Below are positions 16,461 to 26,746 of a stretch of 64,000 bases of DNA, in pieces; within the stretch, counting starts at the first letter, position 1; the number at the start of each line of letters is the position of its first letter. This DNA comes from an uncultured Actinomycetes bacterium (GTDB taxonomy: Bacteria > Actinomycetota > Thermoleophilia > Gaiellales > Gaiellaceae): NCBI GenBank assembly GCA_963746635.1, contig CAVVBZ010000036.1:29003-93002 (forward strand), written 5' to 3'. Below the pieces are notes generated by a model. It saw nothing but the letters and a program-made list of their open reading frames with translations, was not told where the DNA came from and made no database searches. A program made the translations under genes and the position numbers.

Positions 16461-17153
16461 ATGCGCCTCAATGCCTACCTCGCGCGCGCCGGTGTCGCCT
16501 CTCGCCGTGGCGCCGACGAGCTGATCAAGGCCGGGCGCGTGAGAGTCAACGGCGAGCCCGGGCAGCTCAACACGTTCGTCGCCGCTCGCGACCGGGTCGA
16601 GGTCGATGGGGAGGGCGTCGAGCTCCAGCCGCTCACGTACGTGCTGCTGCACAAGCCGGCAGGCGTCGTCACGACCGCCCGCGACCCACAGGGCCGGCCC
16701 ACGGTCGTCGCGCTCGTCGACCACCCGGCCAGGGTCGTGCCTGTCGGCCGGCTCGATGCCGACACGACCGGCGTCCTCCTGTTGACCAACGACGGGCCGC
16801 TTGCCCATCGGCTCGCCCATCCCAGATACGGCATCGAGAAGGTCTACGAGGCCGAGGTCGAGGGCGAGCCGTCCGACGAGGCGCTCGAGAGACTGCGCGA
16901 GGGCGTGGAGCTCGACGACGGCCCGACCGCCCCGGCAAAGGCGCGCCGCCTTGCGCCTTCGACCGTCGAGCTGACCCTCCACGAGGGCCGCAAGCACCAG
17001 GTCAAGCGGATGCTGGCCGCCGTCGGCCACCCGGTGACGCATCTCCACCGCTGCCGCTACGCGGGCCTCACGCTCGAAGGGCTCGAGCCCGGCGCCTGGC
17101 GCGAGCTCGCGCCGGCCGAGCAGGCGCAGCTCGCCGCGCTGTTACCAGATTGA
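16461..17153 (+). CDS. pseudouridine synthase, RsuA/RluB family
   Basis: S4 domain MRLNAYLARAGVASRRGADELI. Catalytic GRLDADTTGVLLLTNDG. Also HEGRKHQVKRM. Confidence 0.85.
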   Translation: MRLNAYLARAGVASRRGADELIKAGRVRVNGEPGQLNTFVAARDRVEVDGEGVELQPLTYVLLHKPAGVVTTARDPQGRPTVVALVDHPARVVPVGRLDADTTGVLLLTNDGPLAHRLAHPRYGIEKVYEAEVEGEPSDEALERLREGVELDDGPTAPAKARRLAPSTVELTLHEGRKHQVKRMLAAVGHPVTHLHRCRYAGLTLEGLEPGAWRELAPAEQAQLAALLPD

Positions 17154-17228
17154 CTCAATAGCCCGGCCGTGCGAAGGTCGGCGTGCAAGAGCAAGGGGAG
17201 AGTCACGAAAATCGAGGAGGTCCTCATC

Positions 17229-19046
17229 ATGACCAAGCGCCTTCTGGCGCTTCTCGTTGCGGCGGTGGCCGTTCTGGCCCTCACTGCGGTCTCCGGGGCG
17301 ACGGCCGGCAAGTCCCACGGCGAGTCGCACAATCTGAGAGAGATCGACCACATCGTGGTCATCTACGAGGAGAACCACAGCTTCGACAACCTCTACGGCG
17401 GCTGGGAGGGCGTGAACGGCCCGTCCTACGCCGACCCGGCGCACACGACGCAGATCGGCCAGACTGGCGCGTCGACGTTCGCCCCGTTCGAGTGCCTGTA
17501 CATGGACGACCTCAACCTGCAGGCGCAGTCCGCCGCGAACCCGACGGCACCGCTGAGCGACACCTGCGACAACACGACGGGTGGTGCGTTCCCGAGCCAC
17601 TTCGCGAACAAGCCGTTCCGGATCGACGACTACCTGGCGCCGACGGACACCACGTGCCCGCCGAACCCGCTGGTCGCGTTCTCGAGCCCGAACGGGTGGA
17701 AGAAAGGCACGGGCTCGCCGGGCGGCTGCACACGCGACATCGTGCACCGCTTCTACGAGGAGCAGTTCCAGCTGAACGACGGGCACCAGAACCGCTACGC
17801 AGTCCAGAGCGACGCTGGCGGGCTCGTGATGGGCACGTACGACACGAAGCAGCTGCCGGTCTACGAGTACCTGCACCAGCATCACCACCCGAAGTACGCG
17901 ATCCTGGACGACTTCTTCCAGGGCGCGTTCGGCGGCTCGTTCCTGAACCACCAGTGGCTGATCGCGGCCGCGCCGCCGGTCTGCAACGCGGCGAACGCCT
18001 GCCCGGCGAACGCAACGCACTCCGTGCTCGACCGGAACGGCAGCCCGACCCTGAGCTCGCCGCCGGCCTCGAACCGGCCGCCTGGCATGGGCGCGCTCTA
18101 CACGTCACCCGACACCGGCCTCGTCAACGGCCCGCTGACGCAGGCGTGCGGCCTGGCCACGACGGTCGCCGGCCTCGCCTGCGGCGACTACAGCGTCAAC
18201 ACGCAGCAGCCGGCGTTCCAGCCGTCGGGGCTCTTCGGCGCCAAGCTGCCGGCGCAGACGAACCCGACGATCGGCGACCGGCTGACCAACAAGGGCGTCG
18301 ACTGGGCCTGGTACTCAGGCGGCTGGTCGAACGCGAACGGCGACGTTGGCGCTCCGGGCTGGACGAACGGCGCGGCGCCGTCCGCGACACCGACGGGCTG
18401 CTCGGATCCGTTCGTCGACCCGGGCGTCTCGCACTGGCCGGAGTGCCCGGACAACCTGTTCCAGTACCACCACCAGCCGTTCAACTACTACGCCAACTTC
18501 TCGACCGCGACGCCGGCCGGCCTGGCCAACCGCGCGGCGCACCTGAAGGACGAGGAGGAGTTCATCCAGCAGGCGCAGGCCTCGGACCACCACTGCATGC
18601 TCAAGCCCGTCAGCTTCATCAAGCCGATCGGCGAGGAGAACGAGCATCCGGGCTACGCCAGCGAGCCGAACGGCAGCGACCACCTGGTCTCGCTACTCCA
18701 GGACATCCAGAACAGCAAGTGCGCGAAGAACACGATGGTGATCGTCACCTATGACGAGTTCGGCGGACAGTGGGATCACGTCCCGCCGCCGGGCCAGGGA
18801 CACGCCAAGGGCCCGCACGACCAGTGGGGCCCGGGGACGCGCATCCCGGCGCTCGTCATCGCACCGCACTTGAAGGGCCACTTCGTCGTCGACCACACGC
18901 AGTACGACACGACGTCGATCCTGACCACGATCGAGGACCGCTACCACCTGAAGCCGCTCGGCACCCGTGACGCCGCGGTGAACAGCCTCGACGACGTCTT
19001 CGACGCGCGGAGCCCGTTCCACCACAAGCACCACTACCACCACTAG
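17229..19046 (+). CDS. exported phosphoesterase-family protein (phospholipase C / AcpA acid-phosphatase type)
   Basis: GAGGAGG Shine-Dalgarno, then a signal peptide. IDHIVVIYEENHSFDNLYG and VTYDEFGGQWDHV are family hallmarks. C-terminal HHKHHYHH. Confidence 0.8.
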   Translation: MTKRLLALLVAAVAVLALTAVSGATAGKSHGESHNLREIDHIVVIYEENHSFDNLYGGWEGVNGPSYADPAHTTQIGQTGASTFAPFECLYMDDLNLQAQSAANPTAPLSDTCDNTTGGAFPSHFANKPFRIDDYLAPTDTTCPPNPLVAFSSPNGWKKGTGSPGGCTRDIVHRFYEEQFQLNDGHQNRYAVQSDAGGLVMGTYDTKQLPVYEYLHQHHHPKYAILDDFFQGAFGGSFLNHQWLIAAAPPVCNAANACPANATHSVLDRNGSPTLSSPPASNRPPGMGALYTSPDTGLVNGPLTQACGLATTVAGLACGDYSVNTQQPAFQPSGLFGAKLPAQTNPTIGDRLTNKGVDWAWYSGGWSNANGDVGAPGWTNGAAPSATPTGCSDPFVDPGVSHWPECPDNLFQYHHQPFNYYANFSTATPAGLANRAAHLKDEEEFIQQAQASDHHCMLKPVSFIKPIGEENEHPGYASEPNGSDHLVSLLQDIQNSKCAKNTMVIVTYDEFGGQWDHVPPPGQGHAKGPHDQWGPGTRIPALVIAPHLKGHFVVDHTQYDTTSILTTIEDRYHLKPLGTRDAAVNSLDDVFDARSPFHHKHHYHH

Positions 19047-19064
19047 CCCTCCGAAACGTGTGTG

Positions 19065-19087
19065 CGGCCCCTCCGAGGAGGGGCCGC
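19065..19087. terminator. bidirectional GC hairpin between convergent genes
   Basis: GCGGCCCCTCC-GA-GGAGGGGCCGC. Confidence 0.5.
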
Positions 19088-19116
19088 AAACACCTTCGTG
19101 GTTCCGGCCGGACGGG

Positions 19117-21360
19117 TTACGTCATCGCCGCCAGCGCAGCCGACTGGACGATCAGCGCCTGCGCCTGTGCGATCCAGGCGTGGGCCTGACTCCTGCTGAT
19201 CGAGTCGTTGTCGAAGGCCGCCGCATCGAGCGCGCCTCGAATCTGCTTGGCCAGCGCGTCCCGCTGATCGGTCAGCGACTGGATCTGATTCTCGATCGTC
19301 GTGTAGCGGCTGTCGTCGCTCGGGGTCCCGCTCTTGATCGCCTTCGTCGAGGCCGCGAGCGTGTTCATCGCGAATGCGCCGAATGGCGCGTTCAGCTGCT
19401 TGTACGTGGCGCCGAGCTTCGCGACGGTGCCGTGATGCTTCTGGAGGCCCACGGCATCGCGTTCTTGTCGAGATCGCTCGTGAGGACACGACCGTCGTGG
19501 ACGTAGGGGTCGTCCAGCCCGAGCAGCGCGAGCATCGTCGGTCGCGTGTCGGTGTGGTCGGCCCAGGTCGTGTTGTCCGTCGACGAGTTCTTGACGCCCG
19601 GCCCGACGATCCCGAGCCAGGTCGTGGCGACCTCCGGCTGGATGCCGCCGTGGTTCCACGCGAACGTGTTCGTCGGCGGCGTCGTCGGCACCGTGATGCA
19701 CGGCGTGTTGCAGTTCGGCGCTCCGGCGAACAGGAAGTAGTCGGACGCCGCGAACATCGTCAGCGTCGGCGTCCGCTGCGGATCGGCCGTGACCATGTGG
19801 AGCGTCTTCATCTCCACCGGGTCTGCCAGCGCCGCGGTCATGTTCTCGTTCACGCCGGTGTACGGGTTGGTCGCCGTCAGGGCGCCGACCCCGCGGCCGA
19901 ATGCCCGCGTGACCGCCGCGTCCCGCGCCGGGTTGCCGTTGAGGTAGATCGTCGGCGCCATGTCCGAGTGGACGGTGAACGGCGTCGTGATCCCCTGCTG
20001 GGTCGCCATCAGGCCGGCCAGGTTGCCGTTGACCTCGCCCGCGAGGTTGTACGTGCACGGCGTGTTGACGCCGTCACAGCCCGTGGGCGACGGGAGCGAG
20101 CCGACGAAGTGGTCGCCCTCCTCGACGGTGAACACGAAGAGCGTGTTCTTCTTCGTGATCCCGTCGGCCTTGAGGCGGTCGAAGAACTGGCCGAACGCCG
20201 TGTCGTAGTTGTGCAGCTGCTGGACGTAGTCGGCCTCGCCCGGCCCGCGGGTCGCGTGGATCTCGCCCGCCTGGCCGTGCTGGTCGTGCGCGTCCGAGAT
20301 GTACCCGAACGTGACCGGGATCCCGGCCTCCTGCATCTGCGCGACGTACGAGAGCGTCGTCGAGGCGAAGAGCCCGTCGAAGCCCGGGAAGCCCGGCTGG
20401 TTGAACTGATCGGCGATCAGCGTGCCGTCGAGCTTCTTCAGGCCAGTCTGCCCGTTCACGGTCGCGTTCGTGCAGTTGGACGTGGAGACGGTGCAGATCG
20501 CCGGGTTGACGTACTTCGCCCCGAACAGGCCCTGGAACCCGGTGTAGGCCCCGGGCTCGTCGGGTAGCTGGTCGGGCTGCGCGTTCGGGTTGCCGTTGCA
20601 GATGCTCTTCGAGCCCTTGGCGCAGTGGATCGCCAGGCCGACGAAGTCGGTCTGGGCGATGTTTCGCGCGGCGGTGCCCGCAGGAGCGGCGTTCGCGGCC
20701 AGCGCCTCGTTCCACTCGGGCGAGCCCTGGCCGAACACCTTCGTCATGTCGCCAGCCGGGCCGGTGCCCGTGTTCTCGAGCACGACGTTGGCAAGCGCGG
20801 TCGCGCCCCAGTCGCAGCCGGCCTTGCGTGTACGGGACCCACGGCGCCGGCGTGTTCGCCGGACTGCCGCTGTCCCCGTTGACCATGTTGTAGTTGGGGT
20901 CGGTGGGCGGCGTGTTGACGTCGTCCGTTAGGTCGGTCCAGTACTTGAACGACGAGGACGAGTTCGTCAGCCCGGATCCGTCGTTCCGGAAGTACCGGTA
21001 CGAGTTCGAGACGGCCTGACCGTGCCGGTCCGAGTACATGCCGGTCAGGTCGGTGAGGATCCCGTTCCCGGTGTGCGAGATCAGGACCGTGTGGTCGTTG
21101 ACGTTGAGCGTCCCGTTGTCCCGGATGAAGTTGAGCAGGTGTGGCATCTGCTCCAGATCCGACGGGACGTTCGGGTTGTCGCGTAGGAAGTGGACGTTGT
21201 CGAAGATCGTGAAGACGACGTGCTTCACGCCGTTGTCCAGCTTGCAGTTGGGCGGCTGGTTGTGACCGCTCGCCCGCTGCACGTTGCCGAGTCCGAGCAC
21301 CGCGAACACCGTCAAACCGATGACGATGAGGGCGGCGAGGACGGCACCTCTCCCCTTCAT
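19117..21360 (-). pseudogene. exported alkaline-phosphatase-superfamily-like protein, two frame disruptions
   Basis: One protein is split over three frames. The N-terminal part runs MKGRGAV...NTPAPWVPYT. The middle part runs KAGCDWGATALANV...VLTSDLD. The C-terminal part runs AVGLQKHHGTVAKLG...AALAAMT. The joins are at about 20826 (+1) and about 19455-19472 (-1). GAGGAGG lies before the ATG at 21360. The functional call is weak. Confidence 0.6.
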
Positions 21361-21488
21361 GCCTGACCTCCTCATCCGAGTGCAGTTCTCGGGCAGCGAG
21401 CCTACGACTCCTCGGATCGCGATTCAACTATCAGCGCAGGTCCGTTACCGAACCGTCGCCGCCCTGAGATCCGCTCGGCGAGGCCGTC

Positions 21489-22481
21489 TCAGTCGTTCGG
21501 CGGCGTGACGAACCCCATGCGCTCGTACATCCGCGCGAGCGTGGGAGCGGCGATCTCGCTCGCCTTCGCGGCGCCTCGGGCGAGCATGGCCCGGAGCTCG
21601 CCCTCGTCGGCCCGGAGCTTCTCGTAGCGCTCCTGGATCGGGGTGAACAGCTCGACGACGGCGTCGCCCACGTCCTCCTTGAAGCGGCCGTAGCCGCTGC
21701 CGTCGTACCGGGACTCCAGCTCGGAGACGGGCTCGCCGGTTGCGACGGACATGATCTCGAGCAGGTTCGAGATGCCCGGCTTCTCGTCCGGCGCGTGGCG
21801 AACGTCGGTGCCCGAGTCGGTGACGGCGGTCTTGAACTTCTTGCGGACGACGTCGGGCGGGTCGACGAGCCGGACGACCCCCTGCGGCGCGCCGCGCGTG
21901 GTCGACATCAGGCGCTCGGGCTCCTGGAGGTTGCGGATGCGCGCGCCTTCCTCGGGGATCGACACCTCCGGCACGACGAACGTCTCCCCGAAGCGCTGGT
22001 TGAAGCGCTCGGCGATGTCGCGCGTGAGCTCGACGTGCTGGCGCTGGTCGTCCCCGACCGGGACGAGATCGGTCTGGTAGAGCAGGATGTCGCCTGCCAT
22101 CAGCACCGGGTAGGTGAAGAGGCCGGCCGAGACGAAGTCCTGCTCGGCCGCGCGATCCTTGAACTGGGTCATCCGGCGAAGCTCGCCGAAGCTCGTGACC
22201 GAGCCGAGCAGCCACGCGGCTTCTGGGTGAGCAGCGACGTGGCTCTGGACGAAGACCGTCGAGCGCTCCGGATCGAGCCCGGTCGCGAACAGCATCGCGG
22301 CGAGGTCGAGCGTCGCCTCGTGGAGCTCCTCAGGCTCGAACGGGGTCGTGATCGAGTGCAGGTCGACGATGCAGAAGAAGGCCTCGCCCCGCTCCTGCGT
22401 GGCGGCGTACTGGCGAAAGCCGCCGCTGTAGTTGCCGAGGGTCTTCGCCCCCGAGGCCCGGATACCGGAAAAGATGCGCAT
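21489..22481 (-). CDS. trpS: tryptophan--tRNA ligase
   Basis: Internal ATG at 22481. SGIRASGAKTLGNYSG in the HIGH region, and the KMSTS-equivalent RLMSTT. Confidence 0.9.
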   Translation of the reverse strand: MRIFSGIRASGAKTLGNYSGGFRQYAATQERGEAFFCIVDLHSITTPFEPEELHEATLDLAAMLFATGLDPERSTVFVQSHVAAHPEAAWLLGSVTSFGELRRMTQFKDRAAEQDFVSAGLFTYPVLMAGDILLYQTDLVPVGDDQRQHVELTRDIAERFNQRFGETFVVPEVSIPEEGARIRNLQEPERLMSTTRGAPQGVVRLVDPPDVVRKKFKTAVTDSGTDVRHAPDEKPGISNLLEIMSVATGEPVSELESRYDGSGYGRFKEDVGDAVVELFTPIQERYEKLRADEGELRAMLARGAAKASEIAAPTLARMYERMGFVTPPND

Positions 22482-22518
22482 TCGACGTCTCAGTATCGCA
22501 ACTACCCTTGGAGCTCTC

Positions 22519-23559
22519 GTGGCGACGAACGGATCACCCGAACTGCTGATCGTGATGGGCGCGGGTGCGACCCCGGACCAGACCGAGCACGTGCTCGCGC
22601 GCCTGCAGGAGGCGGGCGTGCAGGCGCGGGTGACGCATGGGCGCGAGGCGACCGTGATCGGCGCCATCGGAGAGCGCGAGCTGCTGGCGACGCTGCCGCT
22701 CGAGGGCTACCCCGGGGTCGAGCAGGTGCTGCCGATCCTGAAGCCGTACAAGCTGGTCGCGCGCGAGGTCTCGCCGGACCCGACCGTGATCGAGGTGAAC
22801 GGGCGGCGGATCGGCGACTCCTGGTTCGGCCTGATCGCCGGTCCCTGCTCGGTCGAGTACCGCGAGCAGACGCTGGAGACGGCGCGGGCGGTCGCGGCGG
22901 CCGGAGGGACGATGCTGCGCGGGGGCGCGTTCAAGCCGCGCACGTCCCCGTACACGTTCCAGGGGCTCGGCGACGAGGGCCTCGCGATCCTGCGGGAGGC
23001 CGGGGACGAGACGGGCCTGCCGGTCGTGACGGAGCTGATGGACCCGCGCCACGTCGGCCCGGTCCTGGAGATGGCGGACGTGATCCAGATCGGTGCGCGG
23101 AACAGCCAGAACTTCCTGCTGCTCTCGGAGGTCGGGCGCGCGGACAAGCCCGTTCTCTTGAAACGCGGGATGTCGACGTCGGTCGAGGAGCTGTTGATGG
23201 CGGCCGAGTACGTCGCGAAGGAAGGGAACGAGCGAATCATCCTCTGCGAGCGCGGGATCAAGACGTTCGAGACGGCGACGCGCTTCACGTTGGATCTCGG
23301 CGCCGTGGCCGTGCTGAAGAAGGAGACGCATCTGCCGGTGATCGTCGACCCCTCGCATGCGGCCGGGCGGCGGGATCTGGTCCTGCCGTTGGCGCGCGCG
23401 GCGGCCGCGGTCGGCGCGGACGGGATCATCGTGGAGACGCATCCGCGGCCCGAGGAGGCGCTCTCCGATGCGGCGCAGCAGATCCCGACGGCCGAGTTCG
23501 GCGAGTTCACCCGAGAGGTGCGCGAGATCGTCGAGCTGCTGGGCAAGCGAATCGGCTGA
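22519..23559 (+). CDS. aroF: 3-deoxy-7-phosphoheptulonate (DAHP) synthase, type I-beta with an N-terminal regulatory domain
   Basis: GPCSVE, RGGAFKPRTSPYTFQG, IGARNSQNF, KRG, DPSHAAGRRD. The start is uncertain (GTG 22519, 22552 or ATG 22555). Confidence 0.88.
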   Translation: MATNGSPELLIVMGAGATPDQTEHVLARLQEAGVQARVTHGREATVIGAIGERELLATLPLEGYPGVEQVLPILKPYKLVAREVSPDPTVIEVNGRRIGDSWFGLIAGPCSVEYREQTLETARAVAAAGGTMLRGGAFKPRTSPYTFQGLGDEGLAILREAGDETGLPVVTELMDPRHVGPVLEMADVIQIGARNSQNFLLLSEVGRADKPVLLKRGMSTSVEELLMAAEYVAKEGNERIILCERGIKTFETATRFTLDLGAVAVLKKETHLPVIVDPSHAAGRRDLVLPLARAAAAVGADGIIVETHPRPEEALSDAAQQIPTAEFGEFTREVREIVELLGKRIG

Positions 23560-23708
23560 CTCGCCTAGCACCGCCGCCCTGTGGATCGATCGGCACGCTT
23601 TCTTCGCGCTCCGGTCACACACGCGTGACACGCGAGCCGCTATCGTCGATTTTCCCCTGGGAGGGTGGGGGTTAGGGATGGGACCCGCCCTGGCGGCCCG
23701 CGCGGCGA

Positions 23709-23714
23709 TAGCCT
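23709..23714 (+). promoter_or_regulatory. -10 box TAGCCT, 6 nt before the tyrA GTG (leaderless candidate)
   Basis: TAnnnT. No Shine-Dalgarno sequence. Confidence 0.35.
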
Positions 23715-23720
23715 GAGCCG

Positions 23721-24825
23721 GTGGAGGCGAAGCGGCTTGCGGTTATCGGAACGGGCCTGATCGGGGCCTCGGTTGCGCTCGCGGCGAAGCGAGCGGGCGC
23801 TGCGCGTGTGGCCGGCTTCGACCCGGACTCTGCCTCGCTCGAGGCCGCCGTTGCGCGTGGCGCCGTGGACGAGCCGGCCGGCTCGCTCGCCGCGGCGGTC
23901 GCCGAGGCCGACCTCGCGGTCGTTGCCGCGCCGGTCGCGCAGCTTGCCGCGGAGACGCGCGCCGCGCTCGAGTCGAGCGGCGACGGTTGCACCGTTACCG
24001 ACGTCGGCTCCACCAAGGGCGCCGTCTGCGAGGCCGCTCGTGGCTCGAGCCGCTTCATCGGCGGTCACCCGGTCTGCGGCTCGGAGGCGCGGGGCGCCGA
24101 GCACGCCAGCGAGGAGCTCTTCGACGGCGCGACCTGGTTCCTGACGCCGCTCGCCGAGACAGAGCCCGCGCGCTACCGGCTCGTGCACGGCTTTGTCTCA
24201 AGCCTCGGCGCGATGCCCGTCGCCGTCGATCCGCAGGCGCACGACCGTCTCGTCGCGCTCACGAGCCACCTGCCGCACGTCCTCGCGAATCTGCTCGTCA
24301 ACCAGGCGGGCTCCCGCCGGATCGACGGCCACGAGCCGCTTGCACGGCGCCGGAGGATCGTTGCGCGACATGACCCGGGTCGCCGGTGCCAACCCGAGGA
24401 TCTGGGTCGACATCTTCCTCGACAACGCGGGCCCGCTCAGGGAGTCACTTGCCGAGCACAGGCGCGGCTTGGAGCAGCTCGAGGCGGCGCTCGACTCGGG
24501 CGACGCCGGCTTCCTTGCCCGCTGGATCGGAGAGGCCGCCGGCAACCGCCGGCGCATGCTCGCCGAGGCCTACCCAGATCCCGGAGAGCTGCAGCAACTG
24601 AGGGTGCACGTGCCGGACCGGCCGGGCGTGCTCGCCGGGATAACGCAGGCCCTGGGCGCCGAGCGCATCAACATCGAGGACTTCGAGCTGCATCACGTCT
24701 CGCCCGACCGCGGCGGAACCCTCACCCTGCTCGTCGGCGGCGAGGGGGAGGCGCGCCGCGCGGCCGCTCTGCTCGAGGCCCAGGGGTACGGGGTGGTCGT
24801 GTCGCCGGTGCTGCCGGAGCGATGA
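23721..24825 (+). pseudogene. tyrA: prephenate dehydrogenase with C-terminal ACT domain, one +1 frame disruption
   Basis: The N-terminal part (LAVIGTGLIGASVA...HLPHVLANLLV) is in frame 3. GGSLRDMTRVAGANPRIWVDIF plus the ACT domain are in frame 1. An extra base sits at about 24339. Length is 3n+1. Confidence 0.8.
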
Positions 24826-26102
24826 AGGTCGAGCCGGCCACGGCGCTGGAGGGGCACATCGGCGTCCCCGGCGACAAGTCGATCTCACACCGCGCGCTGA
24901 TGATCGGCGCGATTGCGGACGGGGAGACGGTGATCCGCGGCTTCGGTCGCTCGGCAGACACCGAAGCGACGGCCTCCGCGCTCCGGGCTCTCGGCGTGAC
25001 TGTGCTGGACGAGGACGTCGACACTGTGCGCGTGGAAGGCGTGGGGCTACGGGGACTGCGCCCTCCCTCGGCGCCGATCGACTGCGGCAACTCCGGAACC
25101 ACGATTCGGCTGCTGGCGGGGCTGCTCGCCGGTCAGAGCGGCCGGTTCGAGCTGACGGGTGACGACTCCTTGCGCCGCCGCCCGGTCGACCGCATCGCGG
25201 TGCCGCTGGCGGAGATGGGCGCTCATGCGGAGACGGTTGACGGCCGCCCGCCGCTCGTCATCGAAGGCGGCGCTTTGCAGGGGATTCGCTACGAGCTCCC
25301 GGTTGCGAGCGCGCAGGTGAAGTCGTGCATTCTGCACGCGGGGCTCTACGCGGAGGGCCGGACGATCGTGGTCGAGCCGCTGCCGACGCGCGATCACACG
25401 GAGATCATGCTCACGGCCGCGGGCGCGCGCGTGTTGCGACGGCAGTCGCGAGTGTCGCTCGGGCCCGTCGAGCGGTTGCACCTAGGCGAGGTCGAAGTGC
25501 CGGGCGACTTCTCCGCAGCCGCGCCGTTCGTGGTCGCGGCAACGCTGCTGCCGGGGTCGACGGTGACGATCCACGATGTTGGCCTGAACCCACGCCGAAC
25601 CGGGCTTCTCGACGTGCTCGAGCGGATGGGGGCGCGAATCACAGCGTTCAATCGGCGGCGGAGCGGCGGCGAGCAGGTCGGCGATCTGGAGGTGCAGTCG
25701 GCGGAGCTCACGGCGACGACCGTGCGGGCCGAGGAGGTGCCGCGCATGATCGACGAGCTGCCGCTGTTTGCGCTCGCGGCCGCTCGTGCCCACGGCGAGA
25801 GCAGGGTCGAGGGCGCACGAGAGCTGCGCGTGAAGGAAACGGACCGCATCGAAACCGTGACGACTTCGCTCCATGGCCTTGGCATCCGCATCACGACGCG
25901 CGACGATGGCTTCGGGGTGAGGGGCGTTGCCACCCGCCCTAAGGGTGGGGGAATGGGCTCTGACGGGGATCATCGGATTGCGATGCTTGGTGCGGTGGCC
26001 GGGCTCGTCTCGCGTGAGGGCGTCGAGGTCGAAGGGGCGGAGGCGGTCGCTGTAAGCTTTCCCGGGTTTTTCGAGCTGCTCGATTCGGTCACACAACGAT
26101 GA
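24822..26102 (+). CDS. aroA: 3-phosphoshikimate 1-carboxyvinyltransferase (EPSP synthase)
   Basis: ATGA overlap with tyrA. PGDKSISHRALM, CGNSGTTIRLLAG, LRVKETDRI, DHRIAM. Confidence 0.9.
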   Translation: MKVEPATALEGHIGVPGDKSISHRALMIGAIADGETVIRGFGRSADTEATASALRALGVTVLDEDVDTVRVEGVGLRGLRPPSAPIDCGNSGTTIRLLAGLLAGQSGRFELTGDDSLRRRPVDRIAVPLAEMGAHAETVDGRPPLVIEGGALQGIRYELPVASAQVKSCILHAGLYAEGRTIVVEPLPTRDHTEIMLTAAGARVLRRQSRVSLGPVERLHLGEVEVPGDFSAAAPFVVAATLLPGSTVTIHDVGLNPRRTGLLDVLERMGARITAFNRRRSGGEQVGDLEVQSAELTATTVRAEEVPRMIDELPLFALAAARAHGESRVEGARELRVKETDRIETVTTSLHGLGIRITTRDDGFGVRGVATRPKGGGMGSDGDHRIAMLGAVAGLVSREGVEVEGAEAVAVSFPGFFELLDSVTQR

Positions 26103-26731
26103 TCGTCGCCATCGACGGACCGGCAGGCGCCGGCAAGAGCACGGTCGCCCAGCGGCTCGCGGAGCGGCTCGGCTTCCGCTACCTCGACACGGGTGCGATG
26201 TACCGGGCGCTGACCTGGCTTGCGATCCGCCGCAGCGTTCCGCTCGGCGCCGGCGAGCAGCTGGGCGAGCTCGCCGCCGAGTTCCCGGTTGCGCTCGACG
26301 AAGAACGGCGGGTCTGGATCGCGGACATGGACGTCACATCGTCGATCCGCAAGTCCGACATCGACCGGATGGTGCCCGTCGTCGCGCGCCATCCGCAGGT
26401 CCGGCAGGTCATGCGCGCTCGCCAGCGAGAGCTGGCCGAGGACGGTGACGTCGTGATCGAGGGCCGCGACATCGGCACCGTCGTCGCCCCCGACGCCGAG
26501 GTCAAGGTGTACCTGAACGCCGAGCGGGACATCCGCGAGCAGCGCCGCCTCGCCGAGCGGCCCGAGATCGGCGCCGATGCGCTCGCGACTGACCTTCGCC
26601 TCCGCGACGAGAGCGACGCGGCGCGCATGCAACCGGCGGAGGACGCGACGCTGATCGACACCACCGACCTCGACGTCGACGACGTGGTCGCCCAGATCGA
26701 AGAGCTCGTCCGCGCCCGCCAGCCTGCGTAG
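26099..26731 (+). CDS. cmk: cytidylate kinase
   Basis: IVAIDGPAGAGKSTVA, LDTGAMYRA. Confidence 0.9.
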   Translation: MIVAIDGPAGAGKSTVAQRLAERLGFRYLDTGAMYRALTWLAIRRSVPLGAGEQLGELAAEFPVALDEERRVWIADMDVTSSIRKSDIDRMVPVVARHPQVRQVMRARQRELAEDGDVVIEGRDIGTVVAPDAEVKVYLNAERDIREQRRLAERPEIGADALATDLRLRDESDAARMQPAEDATLIDTTDLDVDDVVAQIEELVRARQPA

Positions 26732-26746
26732 GAAGGCGCGGTCGCG

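Noticed and set aside
16149-17048. 299-aa minus-strand ORF
   Set aside because: Only the last 96 codons (the GYD domain) are meaningful. The upstream part is antisense to the pseudouridine synthase gene.
23721-26102. 793-aa ORF that looks like a TyrA-AroA fusion protein
   Set aside because: The middle about 160 residues are Arg/Pro-rich nonsense. The true TyrA C-terminus and ACT domain read in another frame and end in an ATGA overlap with the aroA ATG at 24822. The fusion is an artefact of one extra base plus an open wrong frame.
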